NCBI GenBank assembly: GCA_905331295.1
Contig: CAJNYD010000390.1
Location: 45,990 to 65,989 of the forward strand
Direction: 5' to 3'
DNA length: 20,000 nucleotides
Source of the DNA: Rotaria socialis
Taxonomy: Eukaryota
A program made the position numbers and the translations under genes. Positions 1 to 13,030 of the stretch are shown here, in pieces; positions within the stretch are counted from its first letter, which is position 1; every line of letters begins with the position of its first letter. The notes below the pieces were generated by a model. The model ran no database searches and was not told the origin of the DNA. It saw nothing but the letters and a program-made list of their open reading frames with translations.

Positions 1-1509
1 CAATAATTAATTGGATTGTTTGGTATATTCTATATGGATGGGGAGTGCCATAAGAGATGTAACAAAGACTCGTTCATCTATTTTCTCTTTCATAGAAACA
101 CTTATCTATTATTGAAGACACGCGGGTTAAACGAGAAATCAAAACCACATCGATCTTCTTTTTATTTTATTTTACACAATAGTTTCTCATAGACAAGGTA
201 GATCAAGGCGAACATTCACAGAAAATTAATCGAAAAAGAAAAGACGGGAACGTTGACCATCTGTATGAATACACGCATACATACATACGCACACACATTG
301 CTTATTACTTATTGACAAGGTAATTAGAGGCAGAAAGAAAAAGATTGATTATTTAAAATTCTTTGTCTGAACAGAAAAAGAAATAAGTTTATGTATATAA
401 ATGTATATATTGCTTAGATAGTCTGGCATATCAACATACACACATTATTTCAGTTGATTAGATCGGAAAATAATTATCGGGCTGAAGGTTACAAAAAAAA
501 GAAGACGCTTGGGCAGGCGTCTGTTTTTATTCTTTCTTGCTATTTCTGCGTAGATATATGTATAAGGGTTTGTGTGTCGTAGAGAAGTATATTACAATCA
601 GATATTGTGATCGATGTTGCTCGACTGACATTTCTGTTCGTATCTTTCTCATCAGGTTTATATAACAATAAGAAGTTTCTATCCATCAAAAAACGTTTAT
701 GATCTTGCAGCTGTTGTTTAGCTTGTAACTATCCCTTTAGACTAATTTTCTTCCGATTAAGGCCGGTCAGTTTTTGTCTGATGATCAATTTATCGTTTAC
801 ATTAAAGACAGAATATATCCATGTCAGTCATATATACATATCAACTAATTGCTTTCGTAGGAAAAATGAAGAAGAAGAAGACGAAGAAGAAAAGAACGAC
901 ACATTAGTTTTTTGCTCATTTATAAATATGTGCATCTTTAGATTATTGATGAGCTTCTGCGTTTGGATCAACAATTAGTCTCATAGGGACTTGTATATAT
1001 ATATATATAACTGATTCTTTTTCTAAAGAAAATGTCTGATCATCAAATAGAATGTCGCACGGCCGTACGCTTCTCTACATAGGAACGAGAGCAGCACAGC
1101 TCGCGGCTATATCGATTATTTGCTACTAATTGCATTGTTTCGAGGCAGATGGTTGACGAGCAAAAAAATGAGCATCTTAAAGAAAAAGATTTCTTTTTAT
1201 GGACTATTCGATTACAATTAAATCACAAAGAATATCCAGCTGCTGTCAAACTAAAAATCAGCTTAAAGATTATTGCTTATCCTATATGTAAGACACGTTT
1301 AACGAAAGAGAATATTAAACGATGAAGTTCGTTTCTATCGTTGTGTCTTATCAATAAAGGAGGTCAAATCGAGCAGAAAAGACGGTCGAGCACTTGTCTG
1401 TATATAAAAAGAAAAAAGCTTCATCGATCACAATTACAAGTTAGGGAAGAGAAGAAAAGATAGAGTCTTTCGTTTTATCTGCAGAGAGAGAGAGAGAGGG
1501 GGGGGGGCG

Positions 1510-1596
1510 AATAAATAAACAAATCATCATTGAATATACGCTCGATTAGAGGCATTTCGGATGAGAGCGAAAGGAAAAAAAATTATTAATGAATTN

Positions 1597-1687
<91 letters not shown>

Positions 1688-1770
1688 AAATAAACAAATC
1701 ATCATTGCATATACGCTCGATTAGAGTCATTTCGGATGAGAGCGAAAGGAAAAAAAATTATTAATGAATT
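1510..1770. repeat. 86-bp direct duplication (1510-1595 and 1685-1770) flanking an N plus 88-nt poly-C; probable scaffold-gap/assembly artefact
   Basis: Both copies read AATAAATAAACAAATCATCATTG...ATTATTAATGAATT with 2 mismatches. N at 1596, C-run 1597-1684. A (GA)n plus G10 tract (about 1483-1507) precedes copy 1. Confidence 0.9.
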
Positions 1771-1830
1771 TCCTGTCTTGTCCGCAGTGAATGAATTAGT
1801 TTAATGAAACAAGTTTTATATTTTTTTTAG

Positions 1831-4141
1831 CTTTATGAATTATCCGACGAACCTAAACGCAAAGAATTTCTCGATGATTTATTTGCATTCATGCAAAAAC
1901 GTGGTAAGCATTTAATTACGCGAACAGTTGATTTTATAATTTTTTCATTGGAAGAAATTTTTTATCCAATAATAAATAATCATCATCATCATGAGATAGA
2001 GAAATGATTTCAGGAGGAATGTTGTTTGAGTGGAAAATTATTATCAATATATCATAATGAAACAAAACATTTGACTGTTAACGGAAGTATCGGTTTGAAG
2101 TTCAAAGGAGATTGAAATCAAATATGAATATATCTTTCTTGTTCTTGACAGGTGATTGAATGAAAGTATTTGTTTGTTCGATTTGATGAATTATATACTT
2201 GAGAATAAGATGATAAAGAAGAAAAGATGAAATCATTATTTTTCTTCTTCTTCTTCTTCTTCAAGGTACTCCTGTTAATCGAATTCCTATCATGGCAAAA
2301 CATGTTCTTGATTTATGTAAGTGAATATTTAATTCTCTATTGATGAGAAAGATAAATAAGAGATTTATTTTGCTTTCTGTAGATGAATTATTTCGTTTGG
2401 TTGTGGGAAAAGGCGGTCTCGTCGAAGTAATTAACAAGAAATTGTGGCGTGAAGTGACGAAAGGTCTCAATTTACCAAGCTCGATTACTAGTGCTGCCTT
2501 TACTCTACGTACACAGTATGTTTATATCTTTACATTGACATTCTTATTTAGGGAAATAAATTTCTATCGAAAATAATTATTCTATTTGTTTAATTGGAGG
2601 AAATAAAACAAACAACTTTCGAATCTGTTCTTTTCAATCAAATATAGTTTATTTATCTAAGTACTCATTGAGAAGAATCGATCTACGCATGTCCATTCGA
2701 GAAATCTATAGTTTAATATATTCTCTCGAGACTTGTTCTATTCAATTTTTTCGTTCGGGTTTTTTGTTTTTAACAATTAGATAAAGTGTTGATATGTATC
2801 GTAGATTTAACTAATAAGTTCTATTAGATCAATACAGAGGTCAAGATTTGTCTCATAAAGAGATTTGTATTTTTTATTCGAGTAAATATTCTTGGCATTT
2901 GTTGTCTATCATATGTCAATGTCTCGAACATAAATGATAAGAGATCAATTTGTTCTGGCATATTTCTACGGAGGCGAAAAAAGAAAGAAACTTGCACCAT
3001 CATTAATTCTCAACTTAGCGTGTCAATGCCGTTTGTTTGCTATTATTATAAGGAAAACGACTAATGACAATGGAGAGAAGTATTATAATATTGTTATTTT
3101 TTTTGTCTTTTTTTTCTATTAAGATATATGAAGTATTTATATCCATATGAATGCGAAAAATTACAATTAAGTTCGCCGGGTGAATTGCAAGCAGCAATTG
3201 GTAAGATTAAATCAAATACAGTTATCGCTATATTTCCTGTATCTTTCTCTCTTTGCGTTTTTAAGAAGGCAATCGACGTGAAGGACGTAGACCATCATAT
3301 GCATTTGAATATTCTTCACCACCACAAATAATGGCACCACCACCACCCCCAACATCATCAGCAGCAAGTGCCTTTCTTGCTAGTCCATTAGCACATCGAC
3401 CAAGTAATAAAATTTCTCTATAAAATGAATAGGAAAACGATTCAATTTGTTTTATTATTATTATCATTATTATAGTGGACCCTAATCATGGCCATGAAGC
3501 AATGCAACATGCAGCTATGGCTGCTGCTCTATCTCATCCATTTTTTCTTGCAGCTGCAGCAGCTTCATCACGCGATGGTAATCATTCATCAATTGAACCA
3601 TCGTCAATACCAAGAATTCCTTCATTTGATGATCATCATCATCTTCATCATCATCATCATTTACAATCATCATCACCAACATCAATTATTCCAACAAATA
3701 AACTATTCGAGCGATCATCAACAATAACCAAACGAAGCCTCTCACCATCATTATCTAAACAGCAAAATGATGATAATAATTCATATTCAAAAAAACCCAT
3801 AACAGCAATAAATAATATTCGTTCAACATGTTTTGCACCAGTGACAAATAATAATAATAATAATAATAATAACAATAATAATAGTTCATCATCATCATCA
3901 TCAACATCATCATCATCATCATCATCATCATCATTATTATCGCCAGCTAGCAAATTAAAAATTATTGCGAAAGGTAAAGAAAAGCTGACTTGGAGAAAAA
4001 AGAATTTTTATCTAAAAATTTTTTTTTTAAGAAAACAATCCTGACCAAGAAAAATCAATTACAATATCAATTGAATTAAATGGTATTGTATATCAGGGAA
4101 CATTGTATCCAACAAATTTATTGACTGGTAGCAAAGAGTGA
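1831..4141 (+). CDS. ARID3: ARID3 / dead ringer (retained) family transcription factor, 5'-partial; exons 1831-1903, 2266-2316, 2383-2515, 3124-3200, 3266-3403, 3476-3973, 4032-4141
   Basis: Exons join at GT-AG boundaries in frame (1080 nt, 359 aa + TGA). They give LYELSDEPKRKEFLDDLFAFMQKRGTPVNRIPIMAKHVLDLYELFRLVVGKGGLVEVINKKLWREVTKGLNLPSSITSAAFTLRTQYMKYLYPYECEK...ELQAAIEGNRREGRR (extended ARID of ARID3/Dri) and C-terminal SITISIELNGIVYQGTLY (REKLES-beta-like). No start exon was recognised in 1-1830. Confidence 0.95.
3633..3933 (+). repeat. Coding trinucleotide microsatellites in the ARID3 exon: (CAT)n poly-His, (AAT)n poly-Asn, (TCA)n poly-Ser
   Basis: Translation HHHHLHHHHH ... NNNNNNNNNNNN SSSSSSSTSSSSSSSSS within exon 3476-3973. 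Confidence 0.9.
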
Positions 4142-6796
4142 ACATCAGAAATAAAAAAAAGCGCGCTTGTGTGTGTGCTTTTTCAATTCGAGATATTTTC
4201 TTGAGATTTCTTCTTTTTCTTCTTCTTCTTTGTTTGTATTCTATCTTGTTTTGTTTTTCTTTTGTATTGACCATAATTACTACGAACGCTTTTCTCTCTT
4301 TCTTTCTATCTCTCTTATTTGTGCATAAAAATTAACAAAGTATTTCAAATAGCAAAATTTATTAATTCGATGTTTTGCTCAAATTTTAGAATTTACAATG
4401 AGAGATGAACTAAGCTGGATTGTGTTTGGGGTTACGCAGTAAAAAAACTTACAGATCCGAAACGGCCATGTTTTGTCTTTTTAATGCTATATTGACATAG
4501 AGAGTTGACAATTTTATCATTGACATATATCACGATAAACTTTAATTTTCTGACATTTCACATCTGTAAACACGATTATATTTTATGACATTTCAGATAG
4601 CCATCTAGCGCAAAACCTAATTCAAGTACGACAAGACCAATAGAATTGTCATATTTACTAGCCATGACCGAAGAATATGGGTTATGAAATTAGATCAAGT
4701 TTTCATTGATCTCCATAGGGTTCATATGACACACAGCAGTTAACATAAAAATATGATTCTCAATTCAAAATTTGAATAAATAAATGATCCTTGCTATGTT
4801 TTGGTTCATCAGTTGCCTGCCAAGGCTCTAGATGCGAGATTTATTGTATCAATAACAAGAAAATAAACATACATGACTAAATTATTTAAGGAATAATTTC
4901 ATAAAAACATTAAATTTATCATAACTTGATAGAATTCAGCACAACAATTATTTTACTCTTAGAGTGTTTCATAAATACCAAAATGTGCAAATTTGGATTT
5001 TATGTTAGAGTCAAGCTGCTCGAACTGCAATTCACTTCAGTAAAAATTCAAAAACAATTGAGTTTCATATCTTGCTCTAGAAATTGTTATATTTTATTTT
5101 TTGATATGATTTTCATGCAGTACCGAAATGATTAGATACTATCAAAAGTACTTATTTGTTTATGAATAGGAAAAACTCATGTATTTTATTTATATTTTAT
5201 TTTCTAATCATAATTGAATGTAATAACCAAATGTAAATTAGATGTGTCACTATTCGGTTCTCAAGGAACAAAATCAGACTTCCTATGGTGTTTTCTAGAA
5301 TTTTCAAAAAATGCATCCAGGATTATACTCAGCTTTGGTTTTCTTTTTATTTCAGAAGATAGTCACATCTTCTCCCTTTCTAGTAACGGATTTCAATGTC
5401 ACGCATTTCAATCGTGAGAACGGTAAAAAGCAGTGCTATTCTCAGCACGAGTACTTAATTTACATTATTTGTCTGGCTGGATAACTTTCACTCGGATGTC
5501 TAAAAGAGTGCACTGTTGGAATTAAAAAATATATAATAAGATCTGTATTGAGTATCATGTTGAAAAATGTCTAAGAATTCAAATGGCTGAGACGCCAGTT
5601 TGATTATTTGAAAATATATGAACCTTACTTTAATAGACTAGAAAATTGACGAAAGAAAACTATGCCCGGTAGTAACTTTCATTTGAGAATGGCCAATTCG
5701 TACTAGATGAACCTTTAAAGATTCTATGTCATCTACTATCATTCTGGAGGGAATAATTGTTTGAATGGTCTACTTACTGTTCTAATAATGCTTAGAGTAG
5801 CACGTTAAAAGATCAATCCTGGCTTAAAGCTTGATTCGTAATCATTTCTTGAAGCCATTAGAATACTGTAATCATTCGAAGTAGAAAACAATGACTTGTT
5901 CTTCAGGTATCAAATTATTAATGTCATTACTTCTGGATTGAATTTCAATTTTTTTCCGTATCTATCTTATCAAAAACTATTGCTACATAGAAGTCACAGT
6001 ACCATTCGCATTGTTCACCTCATAAATACGATGGATAATTCTCAAAATTGAGTAATTACCTATCCAAAAACGCTATTTCTTAGTTAGAAAACTACTAAAA
6101 AATCTTTGTGATATATCACATCGTAGTACTTATCAGTATGATTAAGACTTTTTTTCCCCCGAGAATGATTAGCTTGAACCAATTTATATAAAATGACTGA
6201 GACAAGCGTAAAGTTATTGTCTATCGGCACCAGAAAAAAACGTTCAACTGCAGGCAATCAGTTATCACGAACTTGATACAAACGGTCATTTCAATATGCA
6301 CTGAAGAATATTATCAATAAATGAATCAAATCTCATACTGATTAATTCTCTTGTGCTATCAAATTTTGATTTCCTATTTTTTACAAACAATGAAAATTTT
6401 TGTTTAACACGTAATACACGTCAACAAGAATCTTTCATGTTTTGAAAACTGATTGGTTAAACGTATATCTAATTTCATACGCAGTCGGATGAAATAGAAA
6501 GGATATAGTATTAATTTTTTTTTATTTATTCTAGTAAAATAATTTGTTTCTTCAAGAGGAAACACATCATCACATGGGAACTCAAGTGAAAAGACACCAA
6601 GTATCCAATTCTTTTTTTGCTTTCATCCAGTTTTGTATAACGTTTTCTTTTCTATCAATGGAAAAAGATGGCTGATTGATCTAATCCAAATAGTAAAAAT
6701 ATTCACCAGTATACATATATTTATATTTTATTGACTGAAAATTTCGATGACAACACTAAGATATGATTTAAAAACATGAGGGAAAATAAGTCATGG

Positions 6797-8316
6797 TTAG
6801 GAACTTTCAATAGGAATGGTTGGTATTATATTTATTTCAGTTTGCTTCTGTCTTAACGATGGTCCTTGTATTTGTGACATTTTTTTAGGTAGATTCATAT
6901 CAACAATGCCATGTGCCACATTATCTAAGCCTCGCACTTGTTCCAATCGATTTATGCGAATACCGAATGTAAAATGCATTGGCAATAAAATTGCTGCCGT
7001 ACATACAGTAGAAAAAGAAACTACGACTACTATTCCTACCAGTTGATATCCTAATTGAATAGGGTTACCATAAAAGGCACCATTTACAACACCACTATTA
7101 ACATCAGTTTGAATGAATAATCCAGTCATGACAGTTCCTATAAAACCGCCCAAACCATGACAACTAAATACATCGAGAGTATCATCGACATGAAAAAAAC
7201 GTTTTTTTCCTGCTAAAAATAAATTGACAATAAGACCAGCACATGCACCGATTAGCATTGCATAGCCTGGTTGAACATAGCCAGCACATGGCGTTATGGC
7301 AACAAGTCCAACGACAGTTGCTGAACAAACACCAGGAATTGATACAAAAGCATTAGGTTGACCTCTTAATTTACCATGTATAATGTCCAAAATAACCCAA
7401 ATAGTCATACTTGATGCTGCAGCTACATTAGAATTAACAATAGCCAAAGCAGCAATACCTTCGAAAAAAGAATAGGAATCATAGATTTCTTGTTTATTGA
7501 AAAAAAGGACAATTTTTTAAGAAAATTTTCTAAAAACAAACTGAACTTACCAGATGCCGCATATGCTGATCCTCCATTGAATCCCATCCATCCAACCCAA
7601 AGTAGGCCAGTACCCACAATAGTAAATGGAATATTGGTTTGGCCAGTATTGAGTACATCTGGATCAAATTGAGCACGAGATCCCAAAATTAATGCAGCAA
7701 CTAGTCCTGATACTCCACTAGATACATGAACAACTAACCCTCCAGCAAAATCCACAACACCCAATTGATGAAGCCAACCTAAATCATAAAAAACCCATCT
7801 TGCCAATGGGTCATAACAAAATGTCGCCCAGAGAAAAATAAAAAGCATATAGGGAATAACTTTCATTCGACCCACCACGGCACCACTAATTAAAGCCGGC
7901 GTAATAATGGCAAAGGAACACTGAAAAGCGCTAAATGCTAACGAAGGGATTGATAAGGGATTGATTTGATCCGCAGTTTCGCCATGTAAAGATACGAGAC
8001 CCATTTTAAGTCCTACAGAATAAGAAAATGAACCAAATGCTGAATTTCCGGGACCAAAAGCAAACGAATAACCAAATAAACACCATTGAACAGGAATAAT
8101 AGCCATACAAACAACAGACAAAAAAAGTTGATTAAGAAAATTTTTATTTTCAACCAAACCACCATAAAAACAAGCTAATGCTGGTGTCATCATATACACC
8201 AAACCGGTAGATGTCATACTCTAAACAAAAGACACGAACCTGTACTTTTGTTAGTGATATAAAAGTCTAACTAGTACCCATGCAGTATCACCGTGTTGGT
8301 ATGAAAAATTACTCAT
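6797..8316 (-). CDS. amt: Ammonium transporter, Mep/Amt2 (AmtB-like) type, about 456 aa; exons 8316-8278 (alternative donor after 8272), 8220-7551, 7458-6797
   Basis: Spliced product MSNFSYQHGDTAW..STGLVYMMTPALACFYGGLV..FQCSFAIITPALISG..DFAGGLVVHVSSG..LLWVGWMGFNGGS..GLVAITPCAGYV..DDTLDVFSCHGLGG..GLDNVAHG. Both pore histidines and the Phe-gate residues are present. Introns 8277-8221 (57 nt) and 7550-7459 (92 nt) are GT-AG and keep the frame, joining track ORFs 7423-8217 and 6797-7447. Confidence 0.95.
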
Positions 8317-10887
8317 GTTTTCCTTTTAGAAAATAATACAAATATGAACACATGAGAAAATTTTCTTCTTGCTTTCTTTCACTCTAGTCTTTTTTTGATC
8401 TTTTAATTTTCCCGTCAAACACATAATACCGAAGAAATCCTCTTTCAGTTTATTGCTAAGCATCCTGCTAGGATAATGGCATTTTATAATCGCTAAATAT
8501 CATGCCGCATATTTTTCTTTATCTTGAGCTTTTAGAAGATATTATCTTCTTATACACGTTTTAAAAAGTTTCTTATTTGATGCATGTAGATTGTAGCCAT
8601 ATTAAAGAAAAACTCTAAAAACACTCTATAGAAGATTTCACTTCATCAAACAAACACAGGGATTACCCTCATTCTTTATATGCATGCTGTAGAGTAAAAA
8701 TAATAGAATAAAAAAATTAAATTGTTAACGTTAAGAAAGATTTTCGTAGCTTCATGAAAAAATGAATTTTTTTTCTTCAATATAGCATACCGATTTTACG
8801 ATATTAATTTCTTCTGTCAAACCAAAAGAAAACCTCTGCTATGAATGTCTATTTTAACTCATAATCATATAAGAGCTGCTTATTAGTAACAACACATAAT
8901 GTCGTTTAAAAAGAAAATATCATTTAAAAAAAAGCTTTCAAGAATATACGCATTTAATATCTGTTCGTAGTAAACAAGCTAGTGGTATACAGTAAAATCT
9001 CTACCCGTGAACTTTTCCTAAATATAAAGAGTATCAAGTCTGGCGGAGCGTTTTTTTCCTGAAAACGTCTGTCTTCAATATGAACACCTTTTTTACTCAT
9101 TTCCTTTGTCGTATATAACTTCTCTAATAATAACACGTGTTTTTCTCTTAATACACTACGAGTGATTAAATTTTTTGTACTATTTGACCATTGCCCGTGT
9201 AGAAGTAACAAACGATATCACAACAAGAGTAGGATGTACAAAATTAAATTAGCTCGAAAAGTTAATATTTCGCTTGATTCTTCATCAAACATTTGAAAAG
9301 CGTAAAACAGGATATTGAAATAATTCGGAAACAAACCAAAATCAAAATGTCCTCCTACATTATATACTTTCACACTTGTTGTAGACTGTATTTCGTCTTT
9401 ATCTAGTGATAATGTTGAAGTAATTATATTAAAACTTTTTCTTCACTTTACAATAAATTATATAGGCACTTCCTGTGATGAATGTTTTTCAAAGTTCCCG
9501 ATCGTGTTCATAATAAGGAGATTGCACTATAATCAAAAAAGAAGAAAGAGCAATCCTCTTAAATCTTTGATATAAGTAAAGCCATTATTTATTCTACAAA
9601 AACAAAGACGAACATCACTACAAGAAAAAATGAATACAAACATAACGACATCTGTTGCACGTATGAAATTCGTGAGACGAAACGAGTTAAAATGATTATC
9701 GTTATATTTAGTACATCTTAAAAATAGCCATAGACTTTTAATCCACATCTTCGCATTTTGAAATGTAAAGTCATTTTTTTGACAGTTCCTAATGAATGAA
9801 TTCAGATATAAATCCTTTCCTTTCTTCAATCTCATGATGGCTAAGAATATATCATTAAAGAGTAACGAATTGGATTTGTCTTCACGATAGCTACAAATGA
9901 CGTATGTAGCGACTGCACAAAGACTAAGTAAATAGCGACATTGGTTCTTTCATATCGTCAGCTGGAAAAAAATCGAGTATTTGGCGCTTTGTCTTTATCT
10001 GATATTCAATTTTGATAGGCTAATATCCTGAAAATTCTTAATCAATTCAACTGACTTCAAAGAAAGGCTTATTTTTGTAGGATGACATCGAATAATTTTT
10101 AATAGAATGATTGCGCTATTCGAGAATTCAGTGTTGTCGAAATAATTCATTACATGTCCCTAAATACGTGGCTTAATCGTGACATATGTATCACATCTAG
10201 GTCTTTTATCTTGGACTTTGTTGATAAGATATTCCAAACCTTTGGAAAGATAAAATTAGTGAAGGAAATTTTATTTTTATTCAACATGACCAGTTTACAT
10301 GGGAAAAGTCATGCTGAATTAGATGCTAAATATAGCTGCTGTCATTAAATTGAACGAAGTGTTTCTAATTTTAGTCTCAACGTACTTCGATAGTTTTTTT
10401 TAGATTTTATTCTTAATGAAATCGTGAATCATCAATTCTAGCTGGAGTTTTGCCTGCTTATCTCGATATGATTATACATATTTAATGTTGTAGAAAACTA
10501 TTTTTTGAATAAGACATTTATTAATGCTTTTTTAATACGATAACAAGTATTAGCATACTCCATAAATACGCAATTCTCCCGTTTTAATATTTTATATCAG
10601 TAGGGTTATTGTGCCATTTTGATTATGATCTTGTCTTCAACTAAAGCATTTACGTGCATTAAAATTAGCTATACTATTTATTGAAGTGAAAACTTTTTCA
10701 TGCGTTAATTTCATTTAACAATATGGGTCGTTGAAATCTTTTCCGATCATCAGTTTTCAACGCATTTAAAAAAGGATGCAATTAGGAATCAATTGAAATT
10801 TATTACAATCAACAAACGTTGCTATAAGACTGATATAATGCATATCGATTTCTTTTCTTTTATGACATACATGCTATTTGATCACTC

Positions 10888-11604
10888 TTGGGTTTGCGTG
10901 TGAACTTTCTTAGTGTAACATACTCACACCCGTACACTGACGGCATGTATTTCTGAATAGCCTCAGTGAGATATGCAACAATTAGCAGAGTGCATCGATC
11001 AATATGCATAGTTAAGAAGAGCACAAGATGATAGTAGCGCACAAGAGCTTACTCAAACACTCCCTAGCTGACTGAATAGTGGCAAAATCTATTTTCACAA
11101 TTATTCCTTACGCTATCGTCCTGGTCTTGAGCCATCACTGAAAAATCATCTTTATTTCATGAGCTTTTGCGATCAGTAGATCGATCATCTATCAAAGGTA
11201 AAATTGTTCTCGATAATATTGATATCAGTCGTATCACAGTTCGTCAACTACGTTCGAATCTCGATGTTATTCCTCAACAACCTGTCCTTTTTAGTGGTGC
11301 TCTCAGATATCATCCCGACTCATTTAACTATTACTCGGATGAACAATTATGGACAGTACTCGAAGCAGTACAGATCAAACCAATAATAGCTAAAAGTTCA
11401 AATAATCTTCTTTCGTCTGTCTTTCAATGGGGTGCAAATTTTAGTTCCGGTCAACGTCAATTGACTTGTGTTGCTCGGGTTATTCTCACAGAATGCAGAA
11501 TTTTATTAACTGATGTGGCTACTAACGATCACCTACTTTTGTTGAATGATGAGTTAGTTGTTGACTATGATTCGTCATCAAAAATACGATCTCGCTTACA
11601 ATAA
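10888..11604 (+). pseudogene. Decayed ABCC/MRP (ABCC4-like) transporter fragment covering the end of TMD2 and NBD2
   Basis: Remnants: Q*DMQQLAE/CIDQYA* (cf. QWAVRQSAE..SAERIDEY), PS*LNSGKIYFHNYSLRYRPGLEPSLKN, then a frameshift to KSSLFHELLR..IVLDNIDISRI..LRSNLDVIPQQPVLFSGALRY..NFSSGQRQLTCVARVIL..ILLTDVAT. It has in-frame stops (10967, 11009, 11069), most of Walker A is missing, the Walker B DE is degenerate, and the D-loop/H-loop segment is missing. The 5' limit is approximate. Confidence 0.88.
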
Positions 11605-13030
11605 TTTTTGCATTATAAAAGAGTAATTTCTTTTTAATTACAATGAAATAAAAATAGAAAGATATAACTATACGATATCAATCAGCCATGATAAATTACT
11701 AATAGTAATTTACTATCATAGCTATTTAAAAAAAAGAATTTTTTGAAATCAGATTCCACACCCATGCCTTTGAATAGACGGAAAATAAATTATATTGTTT
11801 TTTAATAAAAATTATACTTAAAACAATATTTGTATTTATTTTAAATATAAATTGTGATAAAGCAATATTCATATTTATTCAAAGTATAAATTACCGACAA
11901 TTTATATTTCTTTAAAATAAATAGGAAAATCATGCCCCTAGCTCCTATTTTCATAGTCTGTTTTTTTTGCATGACAGTTACACATATTTCTCTGATATTT
12001 ATAGATCCCATTTTATGTTTTTCAGTTAGTTTACTATTTATGCTTCATTTTTTAAAGCAGTAGACGCTTGTTTTCATACATTATCTCTTTGTTGCCTTTT
12101 CATTGTATTCATTCATAGTTAAATATAAGTATATGTTAGCTGACGAAGAATATTTGGTATTGAGTATAGTACTTGTTAGTGCTGTCCGTTATTGCGAATA
12201 ATAGGACATACAAATATTTCAATATGATTTTGATATTCTGAGTTTCCACATATCCTTCGGTGAAGTATTGCATTTTTTTATACATACAGATAACAATTGA
12301 CGTAGTGATTTATTCCAGTAAAGTAGATACAGATATCTACTGAGTAATCACTTCTTAATTCAATGTCAATCGATCGTCTTTTTATTTATTGCTTAGAGTA
12401 GAATAGAACTATCATAGCTCACTTTATCTGATTATCTGAGTAGATATGAAGACAAATGTCATAAGTCATACTTAGGTTTTATCAATTAGTTTTTATATAT
12501 TCGATATATCAGAATTTTGAGATTCACTTTGTATTTTTCCGTATATTCAAAACTTACGTGGTATGAAGAATCTGTATTCGCTTCAATTTAGCGTTATTCC
12601 AGTCATGAAATAAAATAATAAAACTCATGTTTTTCTCTGGGAGATAAAGATACTTCTCATTCGCTATACGATAGGAGTTGGCAATAAATGTACAAAATCC
12701 TTTTTAATATTTTCTCTCGTTGTCTATGTTCTTATAATCGTCTTCTCGATTGAGTATAGGAAACTTTTCACGACAAGCTATATATGGCATGTCTAGTGAT
12801 GCATCTATTAAAAAAAACTCGAAAGCAATGGATATGGCTCAAAATGAACACGTTTTACTTGAGTACACCGTTTACCAGTTAGGCGAATTTTGTTAAGTCA
12901 GAAATATTTTTACATGCTGTTCACCGTTTGACTTTCAGCCAAGTGAATTTTGGGTAAAACGAAAACATATTTTATAGATCGAACTTATCTAAAGTTTTGC
13001 TTTAGATAAATGATTACTGAACTTGAATTC

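Noticed and set aside
1527..1730. Poly-glycine ORF on the minus strand
   Set aside because: Derives from the poly-C run beside an N; assembly artefact.
3261..4335. Overlapping or antisense ORFs (3261-3467, 3488-3727, 3657-3953, 4059-4274, 4138-4335)
   Set aside because: Shadow frames of ARID3 exons, trinucleotide repeats and pyrimidine-rich 3' UTR.
6816..7672. Plus-strand ORFs 6816-7046 and 7490-7672
   Set aside because: Antisense shadows of the Amt coding sequence.
8987..9180. TACAGTAAAATCTCTA resembling a pogo/Tc1-type terminal repeat
   Set aside because: No matching inverted end or second TA target site found.
9533..10348. Short ORFs, with a faint F-box-like segment on the minus strand near 10150-10290
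   Set aside because: Resemblance too weak to support by eye; no coherent gene model.
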